Origin: a virus
Lineage: Duplodnaviria; Heunggongvirae; Uroviricota; Caudoviricetes
IMG/VR virus record: IMGVR_UViG_2703718817_000003
Length of the DNA: 64,000 nucleotides
Reading direction: 5' to 3' (one strand)
Under the pieces are notes generated by a model. It worked only from the letters and a program-made list of their open reading frames with translations, was not told the origin of the DNA and did not search any database. Below, in pieces: positions 37,160 to 47,304 of the stretch. Numbering within the stretch: position 1 is the first letter of the stretch; every line of letters begins with the position of its first letter. A program made the position numbers and the translations under genes.

Positions 37160-37867
37160 GTGAGTATTTTTAGTGCTACAACGCAAACGCTAGCCAGTGC
37201 GGTATCGTTTAGCGCGAAATCGTTCACCAGCAACCTTATCAGCGACATTCTGGATAGAGCGGTGTCTGGCAGTGGCGTTAGTGGGAGCTACGGCAATGAC
37301 ATCGCTTACGGAAAGAACGTAGTTGCTACGGCTATGCGTATCCGCTATGCCCAGGGCTGGCAGTGGACGGTAGACGTAGACGGATTAAGCGGCTTTGATA
37401 TGTTCGTTAAGGACATCACTTACAGTAGCGGGAATATTGAAACAGAAAGCAAAATCATTGGTAGCGTCGAGTTCAATAAGCCAACGCACGTAACCGCCGG
37501 ACCGGTAACAATGACGGTCAGAGACACAGAAGACGGCAAAATAATGAATTGGTTCAAGGAGCGCCGCGCCCGTGTAACCAATAGCGATGGTACGCTAAAC
37601 CTGCCGCCAGATTATCTCATGAATATCAGGCTATACCGCGTTACACAGGAAGGCGGGAAAGAGCTGGAAGAGGAAATGCGTGTATTTCCGACTCAGATAG
37701 GAGAGATCAGCCGCTCACGTGATCAGGTGTCCGAATTCTTGTCCTATCCGATCACGTTCCAGCGATACACATCTGCTGGTTCCGGCCTGTCCGCATTAGT
37801 CAATGGAGCTGCTGGTTTAGCAACAAGCGCACTTAAAAGCGCCGCCAGCAACGTGATCAAGTTTTGA
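37160..37867 (+). CDS. hypothetical tail-region protein
   Basis: GTG 37160 with GGAGGG SD (ORF-track frame 37130..37867). Confidence 0.4.
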   Translation: MSIFSATTQTLASAVSFSAKSFTSNLISDILDRAVSGSGVSGSYGNDIAYGKNVVATAMRIRYAQGWQWTVDVDGLSGFDMFVKDITYSSGNIETESKIIGSVEFNKPTHVTAGPVTMTVRDTEDGKIMNWFKERRARVTNSDGTLNLPPDYLMNIRLYRVTQEGGKELEEEMRVFPTQIGEISRSRDQVSEFLSYPITFQRYTSAGSGLSALVNGAAGLATSALKSAASNVIKF

Positions 37868-37907
37868 AATGCAATATTAAAGTGCGAGAAGGAGAGGAAA
37901 GGACAAA

Positions 37908-38203
37908 CTTGAGGGCAATTTTTACACCAGCTATTTACACCAGTGATGGCATTTTTTACACACCACAACAAAATCAATGAGTTACATTCAAAAAACACTT
38001 AACAGGTGTGCTATAAAAATAGCTATAACATACGATGCTATCTGAGGGTGATTTTTACACATTACTTATTAATCAATAAATTACAAATGATGTTAGCCGT
38101 TAAAGCTCCAACCAACTCACTAATGGTGTAAGAATTGCCCTCAATCTCCCATCTTTAAGGGCAAATCCTACACCTACAGAGAGGTGTAGAAATTGCCCTT
38201 AAG
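37908..38203. repeat. iteron cluster downstream of repE (incC-like), mixed orientation
   Basis: Five copies of TGAGGGCAA(A/T)NNTTACACC-type 19-21-bp repeats at 37908, 38042, 38125(inv), 38156, 38183(inv). Confidence 0.7.
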
Positions 38204-38954
38204 ACTGCTGATAGGTGAATTTTATTTTTGTAACTCTGCCACCTTCTGTAACCTCTGAGAAAACTATTTTCATTTTTGTGTTTTTTTCGATTTCAGCTAC
38301 AGCTTTTGCCAGAAAGCTTCTCTTAAATTCGGCGTACCGTTGATAGCTTTTGGGAAGACCATAACGCTCCCGCATCCATTCAACGCCAAGTATAGCGAAG
38401 CCGCTCCCATCATCCTTTCTATACTGGCATAAGGACTCATAAAGCCGCATAGAATAAGGGTTTGTCAGGCGAGACACTTCAGTAAAATTCAGCCTCGTGA
38501 ACCTCTTATCAAGCAGAGTAAAAAACGGCATGAGATATGGATTCAGATGAATAATGTAAGTCCCCCGGCGTGGTGAGTAAGCATCCTTAATCATCCAGGG
38601 ATAAGACTCATAACTGTCTTCTGATTCGGTTGATTCATCAGGGTTATATATCGTGACTTTCTTCTCACTAAGTCCGGAGATAGCTTTACGAATATCCTTG
38701 CTGGCTTCAGCAGAGGGCAAATTATACATCTCTGCATATTCGTTGACCGTCAACTCACAGGCTCCTGAACCAAGAACGCCATCCTTAGAAGCATAGCGAA
38801 GTCTTCCCACCACAATAAACAACAGTCGCTTTTGGTCGCGTGTCAGGTGATAAGCCGCCTCTGTGATCTCATTGGCCTGCGCCAAGCTACGGCTAATTGG
38901 TGTCGCTGATTCAATCAGACTGACGGCTTTTGCCGTTAATTCCGCTCTGTTCAT
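38199..38954 (-). CDS. repE: RepE-type (Rep_3 family) iteron-binding plasmid replication initiator
   Basis: 251 aa from ATG 38954; similarity to F RepE (ITEAAYHLTRDQKRLLFIVV, AEASKDIRKAISGLSEKKVTIY, YESYPWMIKDAYSPRRGTYIIHLNPYLMPFF, NPYSMRLYESLCQYRKDDGSGF). Confidence 0.85.
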   Translation of the reverse strand: MNRAELTAKAVSLIESATPISRSLAQANEITEAAYHLTRDQKRLLFIVVGRLRYASKDGVLGSGACELTVNEYAEMYNLPSAEASKDIRKAISGLSEKKVTIYNPDESTESEDSYESYPWMIKDAYSPRRGTYIIHLNPYLMPFFTLLDKRFTRLNFTEVSRLTNPYSMRLYESLCQYRKDDGSGFAILGVEWMRERYGLPKSYQRYAEFKRSFLAKAVAEIEKNTKMKIVFSEVTEGGRVTKIKFTYQQS

Positions 38955-38976
38955 AACCCTGTGTGATCCTTCAAAT

Positions 38977-39239
38977 GGTGAGGGCAATTTTTACATCACT
39001 TTGAGGGCAATTACTACACCTTTTGAGGGCAAATCTTACACCTGCTGAGGGCAAATCTTACACCTCAATAGCTTAATTGAGGGCAAATCTTACACCTTGG
39101 TCCTCTACAAGCCCCGCCACACCTGACCTCCGCGATGCCTAAAAAGGATCTAAAAAGGATTAAAAAGAGAAAAAGGTTTATAAAAATACTCTGTGGATAT
39201 GTGAATTGCGTCACTTAAGGTGTAAAAATCACCCTCAAT
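38977..39239. repeat. origin-like region: five direct iterons at ~22-bp spacing, DnaA-box-like site, A-rich repeats, GATC pairs
   Basis: Iterons at 38977, 39001, 39023, 39046, 39077 (TTGAGGGCAAATCTTACACC), inverted copy 39214-39239, TGTGGATAT at 39193, TAAAAAGGA repeats 39140-39175. Confidence 0.7.
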
Positions 39240-39340
39240 AGTTGCTGTTCGATCGACAAAGATCCTTATTCAATACTCCCACAAATCACACACTCCCTAT
39301 CCTCTGAAAAACTAACTGAACCTAGCTTTCGGAGGAATCC

Positions 39341-40165
39341 TTGAACATTCCCAAATTCCCATTGCCTTCACAGCCTGAAATGGAAATTCAGTTTCATGCA
39401 CCTACTGTGAAAGATGCCCTGAAATATTCAGACATCAATCCGGCAGAAGACGAGGCAACCACAACAGAATACCTCAATGCCATGCAAGACGGCGAAATTA
39501 ACGACAGCTCAAACTGGACAGTTCAGGATCGCAGAACCGCACTTTGGTGGATCTTTGTCAATTCCAGACCAGATGCCGTAATGACTTACTCATACGAGTG
39601 TGGTCACTGTGGAAGCGTTCATCACGCAGATATTAACCTTTCCGACCTTGCCGAAACGGTAGAAATCCTGACTGTTCCGCCGTTTATTAAAACTATGGTC
39701 CCAATAAACGGAGTACCAACCGAGTGGACGCTTAAACCACTAACAGGGAAAGGCGCTGAATTGCTTGAGCGTATGCGCGCCACTCTGCCTGATATGAAAA
39801 CTCCAGAGTACAGTGCTAAGGTTGCTCGTCTCCGCATAGCTGAGTTGGCCTTGTGTACATCTCTGAACGACGATCCAGAAGACTTCACACAAGCTGCAAA
39901 CAGACGATTCGATATCATTGAAAACATGGCACTGGAAACCGAGTTTACCCCTCTGGTAGCTCGCATTCAGCTCATGCAGAAAGACCTTCGCCACGGCTTA
40001 AAAATGGCTATTGAACGAGGCACAAGCCGCCTGATCCTACCGCCACAACGTTGCAAAAACGCTAAGGAGGGTGCAGACGTGACTACCACGCTGTACGCCC
40101 CATTTCTCAATAGAGAGTTTATCCCATCAATTAGATCTGAATGGATGGCTAACCATTATCAATAA
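39341..40165 (+). CDS. hypothetical protein
   Basis: 274 aa with Cys cluster (YECGHCGSVHH). Confidence 0.45.
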   Translation: MNIPKFPLPSQPEMEIQFHAPTVKDALKYSDINPAEDEATTTEYLNAMQDGEINDSSNWTVQDRRTALWWIFVNSRPDAVMTYSYECGHCGSVHHADINLSDLAETVEILTVPPFIKTMVPINGVPTEWTLKPLTGKGAELLERMRATLPDMKTPEYSAKVARLRIAELALCTSLNDDPEDFTQAANRRFDIIENMALETEFTPLVARIQLMQKDLRHGLKMAIERGTSRLILPPQRCKNAKEGADVTTTLYAPFLNREFIPSIRSEWMANHYQ

Positions 40166-40216
40166 CCTGACGTTATACGGCTACCAGCCAGTTAGTGACG
40201 TTGAACAATTACCGCA

Positions 40217-43200
40217 GTGGCGGGCACTCCATATGGAAAAAGCACTGGAAGAGAAATACAAAGCCCACGCCAAAAAAACAGGGTGATCACCGCCGATGTA
40301 AGTGAGGTTATTTTGAACGATAAAAAAGACCGAATAGCGATAATCGACGCAATACAAACGGCAAACGCGAAAGAGCTAGCTGCGCTTTCAGAAATAAAAA
40401 AAGCACTTGAGTCTTACGGACGCAATCCTGATACCAGCGACGCACCACAAGGACGCGTAAGTCGTCGCCTGGCCCGAACAGGGAAAGCAGGGGCGCAACG
40501 CAACAGTTTCACACAGGGGCCGTATAAAGACCGGCTCCCTGCCAAGAAACAGAGATTACGTATAAACAACGCTAGCGAGATAGATAATCCGCAAAAAGCA
40601 GCAGCAGATCACCGCACCGCTCATTCGGAATCAAAAACAGCACCGCTGGCTGAAGGCAAAGCCACGAAGTCATCACCTGAGCGCATTCAGTCGCTCACTT
40701 CTGACATTCAGCCTGCAAGGCAAGAACAACCAGTTAGAGAAAACCAGAGTATCGCTGGTGCACCGTTACGGGATAGCAACGGACGATTTGCCTCTCAGAA
40801 AAAAAACGAGGATCTCGCACGCCAGAATGAGCTACGCGCACAGGCAAAACTACAGGTTGGGTTCCTGCGAAAACTCGGTTCCATTATGGGGGTTGATGGT
40901 TCAGGGAAAGTCGACGATGGAGCTGTAACCGATGCTGCTGGGGTAGGTGCTGGTGGTCCACTATGGATGGCAGCACGGGGCGTATTTGATATCAGCCGCG
41001 AGATTACTGGTAAGGCTAAATCATTGAAAGAATGGATAGATAATGGCAACGACAAGGCGGCTGGCGCACCGGTGGTCGCAAAATCCCCCGCCATTACTTA
41101 CCCGGCACCTGACAATGAAAGGAAGACTCCAGATAACGCGCCCGGTTCAGCAAAGGCATTTACTGAAGCCGTTAAAGAAAAATCTGTACGTGCGATCGAA
41201 GAACAAACGAAAGTTCTTCAACGCAACGACAGCCAGATAATTGATGAGCTGGAAACTGTATCCGAAGAGATCCGGAAACTACGAAAGTCGCAGGAGAGTG
41301 GGCTAAAACTGAGCGACCTCCTCGGCGGTGGCGGATTACGTACCAAAATATCCCCTACACGCGGTCGTAGCAGTGCACGTGGTGGCAACACGGGCCGCAC
41401 TGGAGACAGTAAAGAAAACAAGGGCAAGAAGGGAAAAAACACCAGCAAACCTACTGAGACGGGCAGGAGTCAGGAAGGCAAAGAGGGGAAAAAAAATCAG
41501 CCAGGCAAAAACAACAGTGCGGGCGAGGAAAAAAATCGGACAAAAAATGCTGGTGGGAACGAGGGTAGTACCTCACCAAAATCATCGGGTGATAAATCTT
41601 CAGTTAAAACCAGAGCAGGTAAGGTCACTGAAGAAAGTGTAGCCAAAACGGTGACTGGTGGAGCGGCAGGGAAAGACGCTGGTAAAGCGGCAACTTCCGC
41701 TGGGGAAAGCCTTACCAGGAAAGAGGCGGGTAAGGTTGCCGTTGCCACTGGTGAAAACATCGCGAAAAAAGAAGCTGGAAAAGTGGCTCTCAAAGCTGCC
41801 GGAGGTGTTGCCGCAAGGGCCGGATTCAGGGCGATTCCAGTCATCGGCCAGGTGGCTATGGTTGGTTATGATGCCGTAGACGGCTACAGCGACACAGAAG
41901 CGCAGAGGGCGACTTATAACCTGAAGGAAGGGCAGGACGTTACAACACAGCAAAAGAGCGCCTACGCCGCTGCTAACGTCCTGGATATGGGCGGTCTGGT
42001 GACGGGAGCGGCTAACCTCATTGGCGAGGGGATGTCCGCGCTAGGCTTTGAAGGTGTCGGACAAAAACTTCAGAGTCTTGATACCAGCAATATCGCTCGC
42101 GGCATAAATAGTTCTATCGACGCGTCGAAGAACGCATTCAGCAGCCTAAAAGAATCGTTCTCATCAAGCAGCGAAGGCACTGCGCAGGTTAAGAAAGCCG
42201 TTGAAGATGGCACCAAGCAAACGGTAGCCGCAATTAATGATCTGGCCCGACAGCTACAGGGCGGGCGCAGAGGTGAGGATGGCGTGGGTGAACACGGCTA
42301 CAAATCGCCAGACGAATTTAAAGCGCCTGAAAAAAATACAATAACGGCTGATCTGAATATAGGCGGAAGCAACGCCAAGAACAGGAATTACCGGAATAAC
42401 AACCTGGGGAACCTGGTTTTTGCAAATCAGGAGGGGGCGGTACTGGAAGCGCCGAACGCGAAAGGCGAACAGCGTTTTGCGCGGTTTAATACGCCCGAAG
42501 AAGGGATTCGGGCATTGGCAAACCAGGTATCGAGTTATTACAACGGTACAAGTGCTGCCGCCGGGTATCAGAAGCTGCAAACAGTATCCAGCATCATTTC
42601 AAAATGGGCACCACCAACAGAGAACAACACCAATCAGTACATTGAAAACGTCAGCAAATATCTCGGGGTATCCCCCAACGATAAAATAGACGTTAGCAAC
42701 CCTGAAGTTATGACGCACCTTGTTCGCGCCATTGCGACGAAGGAGGGGGGTAACCCGGCGGTTAACAACAATTTCATCAAAACAGCTCTTGGTTCATTCA
42801 ACGCTAAAACTGGGCGTTGGGAAGGGCAATTCAATGATGAAACGCTGGAACACATTAATAAAATCCAGAAGGAAAAGGGCGGTCCTCTAATCGCTCGCAA
42901 CTCCCAATATAGTGTCGGTAGCAAAGTCAAATACGCCAACGGCTCATCTTCTGCTATTCCTGCGTCAAGCGTAGCCCAGGCTGTAATGCCTAGCCCTACT
43001 GACGTGGTTCAACACGCACAGGCAGCTAAAAAACCGAAGGCAGCTCAACAGGAAAATGCCCAGGCGATCAGCCACGCGAAAGCTAGTGGCAATTCTTCCG
43101 CCGCAGCCGGATTGACGGAGCGGTTAATGAGTGCAGACGGTGTTGGGGGCGTCATCGCCGGGATAGTTGGGGGAGATCCCAATATGGGGCTAAATCTCGG

Positions 43201-44080
43201 CCCTGTCAGTTCTCCGGAAGAGATGTCCTCGTTAGCAGCAAAAGCCAAGCAATTGGATAAGTTTCTTGTTGAAAAAATATCCAGAGCAACGGGCAAAAAC
43301 TTTAGTTTCCAGAAGGCGGAACAGATCGCCGATATCACTACGGCTATACAGCAAAAGCGCAACGTTAACCGCGATACAGAAACCATTGGCCTGCTTCCGG
43401 AGAGTCCGGCAACCATCAGCGAGAAGCGTGCCACATCGACACCGGCGGGTGTGCAGATGTACGACAACGGCTACAAGGTGGTTGAAGGTGAGGACAGGGG
43501 CTTCTTTGGCTCGCTATTTGATTCAACTGTGTCAGGGCTTAACCAGGTAGGCTCCGCCGTCCTCCCCGCCGTTGGAGATAACCTCTCGCGACTTGTGGGC
43601 GGTATTGATAGCACCGGAATGTTAAATGACTTTGTATTGCAGTCCTCTGGACAGAATACCGATGTTGCTCGCGCTATTAGTCCGTTAACAAGGAGTGTTG
43701 GCGGTTGGCTGAATGGTGGCATACAGAAAACGGCGGATACGATCAGGGACACAACTGGCGCAATCAATCAAAGCCTGTTTGCTTCGGGCGTGGCTGCTAA
43801 AGAACCGTTCCTTGCAATGCCTCCGCAGCTACCAATCGTCACGGACCTCGCACGAAGCGGAATAAGGCAGATGCTAACAACAGATACCGCAAATAACGAT
43901 CCGGCTATGTTGAAAGCACTGGAGAACGTTTATTCCGTTCTCAAAGAGATTCTTGGCGTAAGCAAAGACAACCGAAAAGGCGATCAGGACAAAGTTGTGA
44001 ACACATCACAACCACAACCTCGTCAGCGTGCCAGCACGACTATCAATGACCCATCTCTTGACAAATTACTGGAGGATTAA
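40217..44080 (+). CDS. large virion-associated protein (tape-measure / injection protein candidate)
   Basis: 1287 aa, Lys/Gly-rich low-complexity N-terminal third, immediately upstream of baseplate W-J-I genes; start uncertain (GTG 40217, GTG 40283 or TTG 40313). Confidence 0.5.
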   Translation: MAGTPYGKSTGREIQSPRQKNRVITADVSEVILNDKKDRIAIIDAIQTANAKELAALSEIKKALESYGRNPDTSDAPQGRVSRRLARTGKAGAQRNSFTQGPYKDRLPAKKQRLRINNASEIDNPQKAAADHRTAHSESKTAPLAEGKATKSSPERIQSLTSDIQPARQEQPVRENQSIAGAPLRDSNGRFASQKKNEDLARQNELRAQAKLQVGFLRKLGSIMGVDGSGKVDDGAVTDAAGVGAGGPLWMAARGVFDISREITGKAKSLKEWIDNGNDKAAGAPVVAKSPAITYPAPDNERKTPDNAPGSAKAFTEAVKEKSVRAIEEQTKVLQRNDSQIIDELETVSEEIRKLRKSQESGLKLSDLLGGGGLRTKISPTRGRSSARGGNTGRTGDSKENKGKKGKNTSKPTETGRSQEGKEGKKNQPGKNNSAGEEKNRTKNAGGNEGSTSPKSSGDKSSVKTRAGKVTEESVAKTVTGGAAGKDAGKAATSAGESLTRKEAGKVAVATGENIAKKEAGKVALKAAGGVAARAGFRAIPVIGQVAMVGYDAVDGYSDTEAQRATYNLKEGQDVTTQQKSAYAAANVLDMGGLVTGAANLIGEGMSALGFEGVGQKLQSLDTSNIARGINSSIDASKNAFSSLKESFSSSSEGTAQVKKAVEDGTKQTVAAINDLARQLQGGRRGEDGVGEHGYKSPDEFKAPEKNTITADLNIGGSNAKNRNYRNNNLGNLVFANQEGAVLEAPNAKGEQRFARFNTPEEGIRALANQVSSYYNGTSAAAGYQKLQTVSSIISKWAPPTENNTNQYIENVSKYLGVSPNDKIDVSNPEVMTHLVRAIATKEGGNPAVNNNFIKTALGSFNAKTGRWEGQFNDETLEHINKIQKEKGGPLIARNSQYSVGSKVKYANGSSSAIPASSVAQAVMPSPTDVVQHAQAAKKPKAAQQENAQAISHAKASGNSSAAAGLTERLMSADGVGGVIAGIVGGDPNMGLNLGPVSSPEEMSSLAAKAKQLDKFLVEKISRATGKNFSFQKAEQIADITTAIQQKRNVNRDTETIGLLPESPATISEKRATSTPAGVQMYDNGYKVVEGEDRGFFGSLFDSTVSGLNQVGSAVLPAVGDNLSRLVGGIDSTGMLNDFVLQSSGQNTDVARAISPLTRSVGGWLNGGIQKTADTIRDTTGAINQSLFASGVAAKEPFLAMPPQLPIVTDLARSGIRQMLTTDTANNDPAMLKALENVYSVLKEILGVSKDNRKGDQDKVVNTSQPQPRQRASTTINDPSLDKLLED

Positions 44081-44085
44081 GACCG

Positions 44086-44460
44086 ATGCTTTATGAGATT
44101 GATGCCCGCCTTCAGACAAACGAGAGCGGGGTGGTGATCGCTGAAGGCGACACAAACGCCTGGATAGCCCGACTCGATGAATGGCTACGGACACCAAATG
44201 GCAGCGTTTACGGATTGCCGTCATGGGGGAATCCGATGGAGGAGTTCAAACACGAACCCTTCGGTTCTGATACGTCACACATTGTTGAAGTGGCGATTGA
44301 AGCGCGAATGATGACGAAGCTACAGCAGGACTTACCAGGGCTTGGACTCCAGGCGATCCGCTGCGCGACTGTCTCTGAAGACCAGTTACTAATTAGCTTC
44401 CAGGCAAAAGGAGGCACCGTGAATGTTGTTATGCAGAAAGATAGCGGAGATACAGCGTGA
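44086..44460 (+). CDS. baseplate wedge protein, gpW/gp25-like
   Basis: WLRTPNGSVYGLPSWGN motif resembling P2 gpW (ILRTPVGSRVMRRDYGS); 124 aa. Confidence 0.6.
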   Translation: MLYEIDARLQTNESGVVIAEGDTNAWIARLDEWLRTPNGSVYGLPSWGNPMEEFKHEPFGSDTSHIVEVAIEARMMTKLQQDLPGLGLQAIRCATVSEDQLLISFQAKGGTVNVVMQKDSGDTA

Positions 44461-45887
44461 GTATTACCGAATTACTGGACAAGTTTAATGCCAAGCTGAA
44501 CGAAAACCCCTGGTGGGCGCGATTTGTAAACAGCCAGTTTATTCAAATGCAGTCCGTTTTGGGCGCGCAGATTGTTTATATTGCGCGTACATTTGCAAGC
44601 CGTGCACTTACAGAAGGATTCATTTCCACCGCGACGCGTAGAGCAAGTATTCTCGCGGCAGCGGAAGACCGTGGCTATGTCGGTCGTTTGGTCGATGCGT
44701 CATACGGCACTGTTTCCATCACCAACAAAACCGACAGGGATATTACTCTACCCGGAGGGGCTGAATTACTGACAAGTGACCAGACACCAATTGCAACCAG
44801 CAGTAGTGTTGTTATCCCTGCTGGTGAAACAGTACCCGGCATAGAAGTAAAACAGCATGAAGCAGTCAGCGTAACGTTCGACGTGGTGCAAGAAACACCA
44901 TTCTTGACGCTGTTACTTTCCCGTGAGTTAACAGCAGAAGTCGCCAGCCTGGAAGTTGTCGTGATAACTAATGGTGTCGAGGAAAAATGGACACATAACC
45001 CCCTGTTCCGCATGTCCAGGGATAACAGTAAACATTATGTGTTGGTTTATAAGCCGACAGAACAGATCGGCGTGCGCTTCGGTGATGGATCAATGGGGAT
45101 GATGCCAGCGGCAGGGAGTCAGGTACGCATTGACATTATGGCAAGCCTCGGTGATTACACGCTGGCTGAAGGCCAGAAACTTGAACCAGCAGGGAACATC
45201 TCCGGGTATGTCGAATCACTGGAAGTAAAAACCGATTCGATCATTTCTGGCGGTGGTGGCATGGAAACTACCGAGGAAACCCGAAACAGGGCGCAGTATT
45301 ATGTGGCCTACGATGAGCAGGTTGTTTGGGGCGGTGATTACCGCCAGTTCATTCAGAACGTGGTCAGTGGCACGTCATGGCTTAACGTGTGGGGGGAGGC
45401 GCTACAGGAGAAAATAACGGGCTTTGATGTGCGTAATATCAACAAAATTTTCTTTTGTGGGCATAAGCCCGGCGTAACACAGGAAGCTCTGAAAACAGAG
45501 ATATTATCAGCCCTTGAGAGTATCCCTAATGAGCTGAATAAGAAGTTCGAATACGTCGCCACCAATGAACAGCCGTTCAACATCAAATTTACCGGTATCG
45601 TAAAAAAGAGTGTGCTGGTGGATGACGCGCTAACTGCAATTAAAGCGGCACTGGAGGAGAACTTCGGTAAAGACTCCATGTCATTTAACCAGCTATTGCA
45701 GAGTGATGACGACTCACAGCAATGTTATGCACAGGTCAAAGTAAAAGATATCTGGCGAGTAATCGAATCGCTGGATATGTTCCTGTCTTATGACGTGGCT
45801 ACGCAGAACATGAAAGAAGCAGTGTACTTTAATGATTTTGTTTATCTGGACGTGGAATCATCAACGTTCAGCATAACCTATCCGTAA
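44457..45887 (+). CDS. baseplate J-like protein
   Basis: 476 aa directly after gpW-like gene with GTGA overlap; W-J-I order. Confidence 0.55.
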   Translation: MSITELLDKFNAKLNENPWWARFVNSQFIQMQSVLGAQIVYIARTFASRALTEGFISTATRRASILAAAEDRGYVGRLVDASYGTVSITNKTDRDITLPGGAELLTSDQTPIATSSSVVIPAGETVPGIEVKQHEAVSVTFDVVQETPFLTLLLSRELTAEVASLEVVVITNGVEEKWTHNPLFRMSRDNSKHYVLVYKPTEQIGVRFGDGSMGMMPAAGSQVRIDIMASLGDYTLAEGQKLEPAGNISGYVESLEVKTDSIISGGGGMETTEETRNRAQYYVAYDEQVVWGGDYRQFIQNVVSGTSWLNVWGEALQEKITGFDVRNINKIFFCGHKPGVTQEALKTEILSALESIPNELNKKFEYVATNEQPFNIKFTGIVKKSVLVDDALTAIKAALEENFGKDSMSFNQLLQSDDDSQQCYAQVKVKDIWRVIESLDMFLSYDVATQNMKEAVYFNDFVYLDVESSTFSITYP

Positions 45888-45896
45888 GAGGTCACA

Positions 45897-46739
45897 ATGC
45901 AGAATAACTGGCTAAAAGAGCGTCTGACGCAATTTAAACAGGATTCTAAATTGTGGGCCGCCTTTGTTGATACGATTCAGGACGTGTGGAATGAATCGGT
46001 TGAACCTATTCTCACGCGAATAAGCAACCGTAAATCGTTTTTCACAATGGCAAGCGAGGATATGGACACTCGCATTGCTGAATATGGTCGTTTCTTTGTT
46101 ATCACAGAAACGGACAAAACACGCAGGCCAATGCTATTAGCTCAACGACTGGATGAGGTGCACTTCAAAGGAACAGTAAGGCCGATAGAGCAAACGTTCT
46201 GGCGTGAATTTGGCACAATCCCCGTCTCATGGGAACCTTTGTATGCGCCTGTCGATACAGAAAAACATCCCTATGGTTCATTCTTCGCGACTGCAAATGA
46301 AATACCGACTGCTCAGGCACAATATGGTGAGTTTTTCCTGACATCCAGAGGGCTGGTTGTCGTCAACCAAAATAAGCTGTATCGAGCTTATGATAGCGAT
46401 GACAGAGACGTTGCTGTACAGAAGCTACTTGCTGATTTTGATACGGTTATAGCGCCGCTATTGCCATTGCATATCGTGTTTGATGGTGTTTCTTTCCAGT
46501 TGAGCGCAACATTGCCGGAAATGGCGGAGATCCTGAATTGCTTATCTGCGGAAGTGTCCTTTATTGAGGGGGTGTACACGACGCAAGAGATGGTCGATGA
46601 ACTATCTATTAGCGATACGATCATTCAATTAGACGGCATCCAGTTCGCAGGAAGGCCAGACCGGACGACGGAAAGAGTGCTTCATCTCGATGAACTCCCG
46701 CTCGACGCCTGGGCGCTGGATTATAATTTTGCACCTTAG
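45897..46739 (+). CDS. baseplate/tail protein I-like
   Basis: 280 aa following J-like gene, position-based. Confidence 0.4.
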   Translation: MQNNWLKERLTQFKQDSKLWAAFVDTIQDVWNESVEPILTRISNRKSFFTMASEDMDTRIAEYGRFFVITETDKTRRPMLLAQRLDEVHFKGTVRPIEQTFWREFGTIPVSWEPLYAPVDTEKHPYGSFFATANEIPTAQAQYGEFFLTSRGLVVVNQNKLYRAYDSDDRDVAVQKLLADFDTVIAPLLPLHIVFDGVSFQLSATLPEMAEILNCLSAEVSFIEGVYTTQEMVDELSISDTIIQLDGIQFAGRPDRTTERVLHLDELPLDAWALDYNFAP

Positions 46740-46855
46740 CAAACCAGGCCCCACCAACCTGGGTGGGGCCATTTCTCAAAACAAAAGACCACTGGAAATC
46801 ACAAACTGAACATACTGCCCTTCGATTTATTGCTTGTTAAAGGGGCTATGTTCGT

Positions 46856-47302
46856 ATGGCTGAAACTTTAAAATCCCAAAGCGATTCAAGTATTTACAAG
46901 GCGCAACTCCTTTCTTACTACTACTCTCGCCGTGCAGAGTCTGCAATCGGCAGGGGTGAGCGTTTTGTTATGACAAAGGCTTATTGGTGCAAGTCCGATC
47001 TTGTGACGGTAAATAGTGCTGGTGGCTGGACTATTTCTGATATTCCGCTCGACTTCAAGTTAAGTGATGCACAGCATTTTGCTGAATCCAATCTCATTCT
47101 TTCCAGCCTCGATGGTGTCATTACGATTAATGCCGCTTTTCCACAAGAAACGATGCCGGACGATACACCTTACGATTTCAATACGCTGGTTCTCGTAGAT
47201 GCAGAGGATCAGGCTTTTGGGGTTGTTTGTACTCAACAGGACACCTTATTCAAAGGTAAGCGATACAGCTTGCTCATGACCATTGAACAGGTCGAGGGAT
47301 AA
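46856..47302 (+). CDS. hypothetical protein upstream of tail fibre
   Basis: 148-aa ORF. Confidence 0.4.
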   Translation: MAETLKSQSDSSIYKAQLLSYYYSRRAESAIGRGERFVMTKAYWCKSDLVTVNSAGGWTISDIPLDFKLSDAQHFAESNLILSSLDGVITINAAFPQETMPDDTPYDFNTLVLVDAEDQAFGVVCTQQDTLFKGKRYSLLMTIEQVEG

Positions 47303-47304
47303 TT

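Noticed and set aside
40217-44080. Soluble lytic transglycosylase domain in the 1287-aa protein (as in P1 Sit)
   Set aside because: No clear SLT catalytic motif recognised by eye; left as a generic tape-measure/injection candidate.
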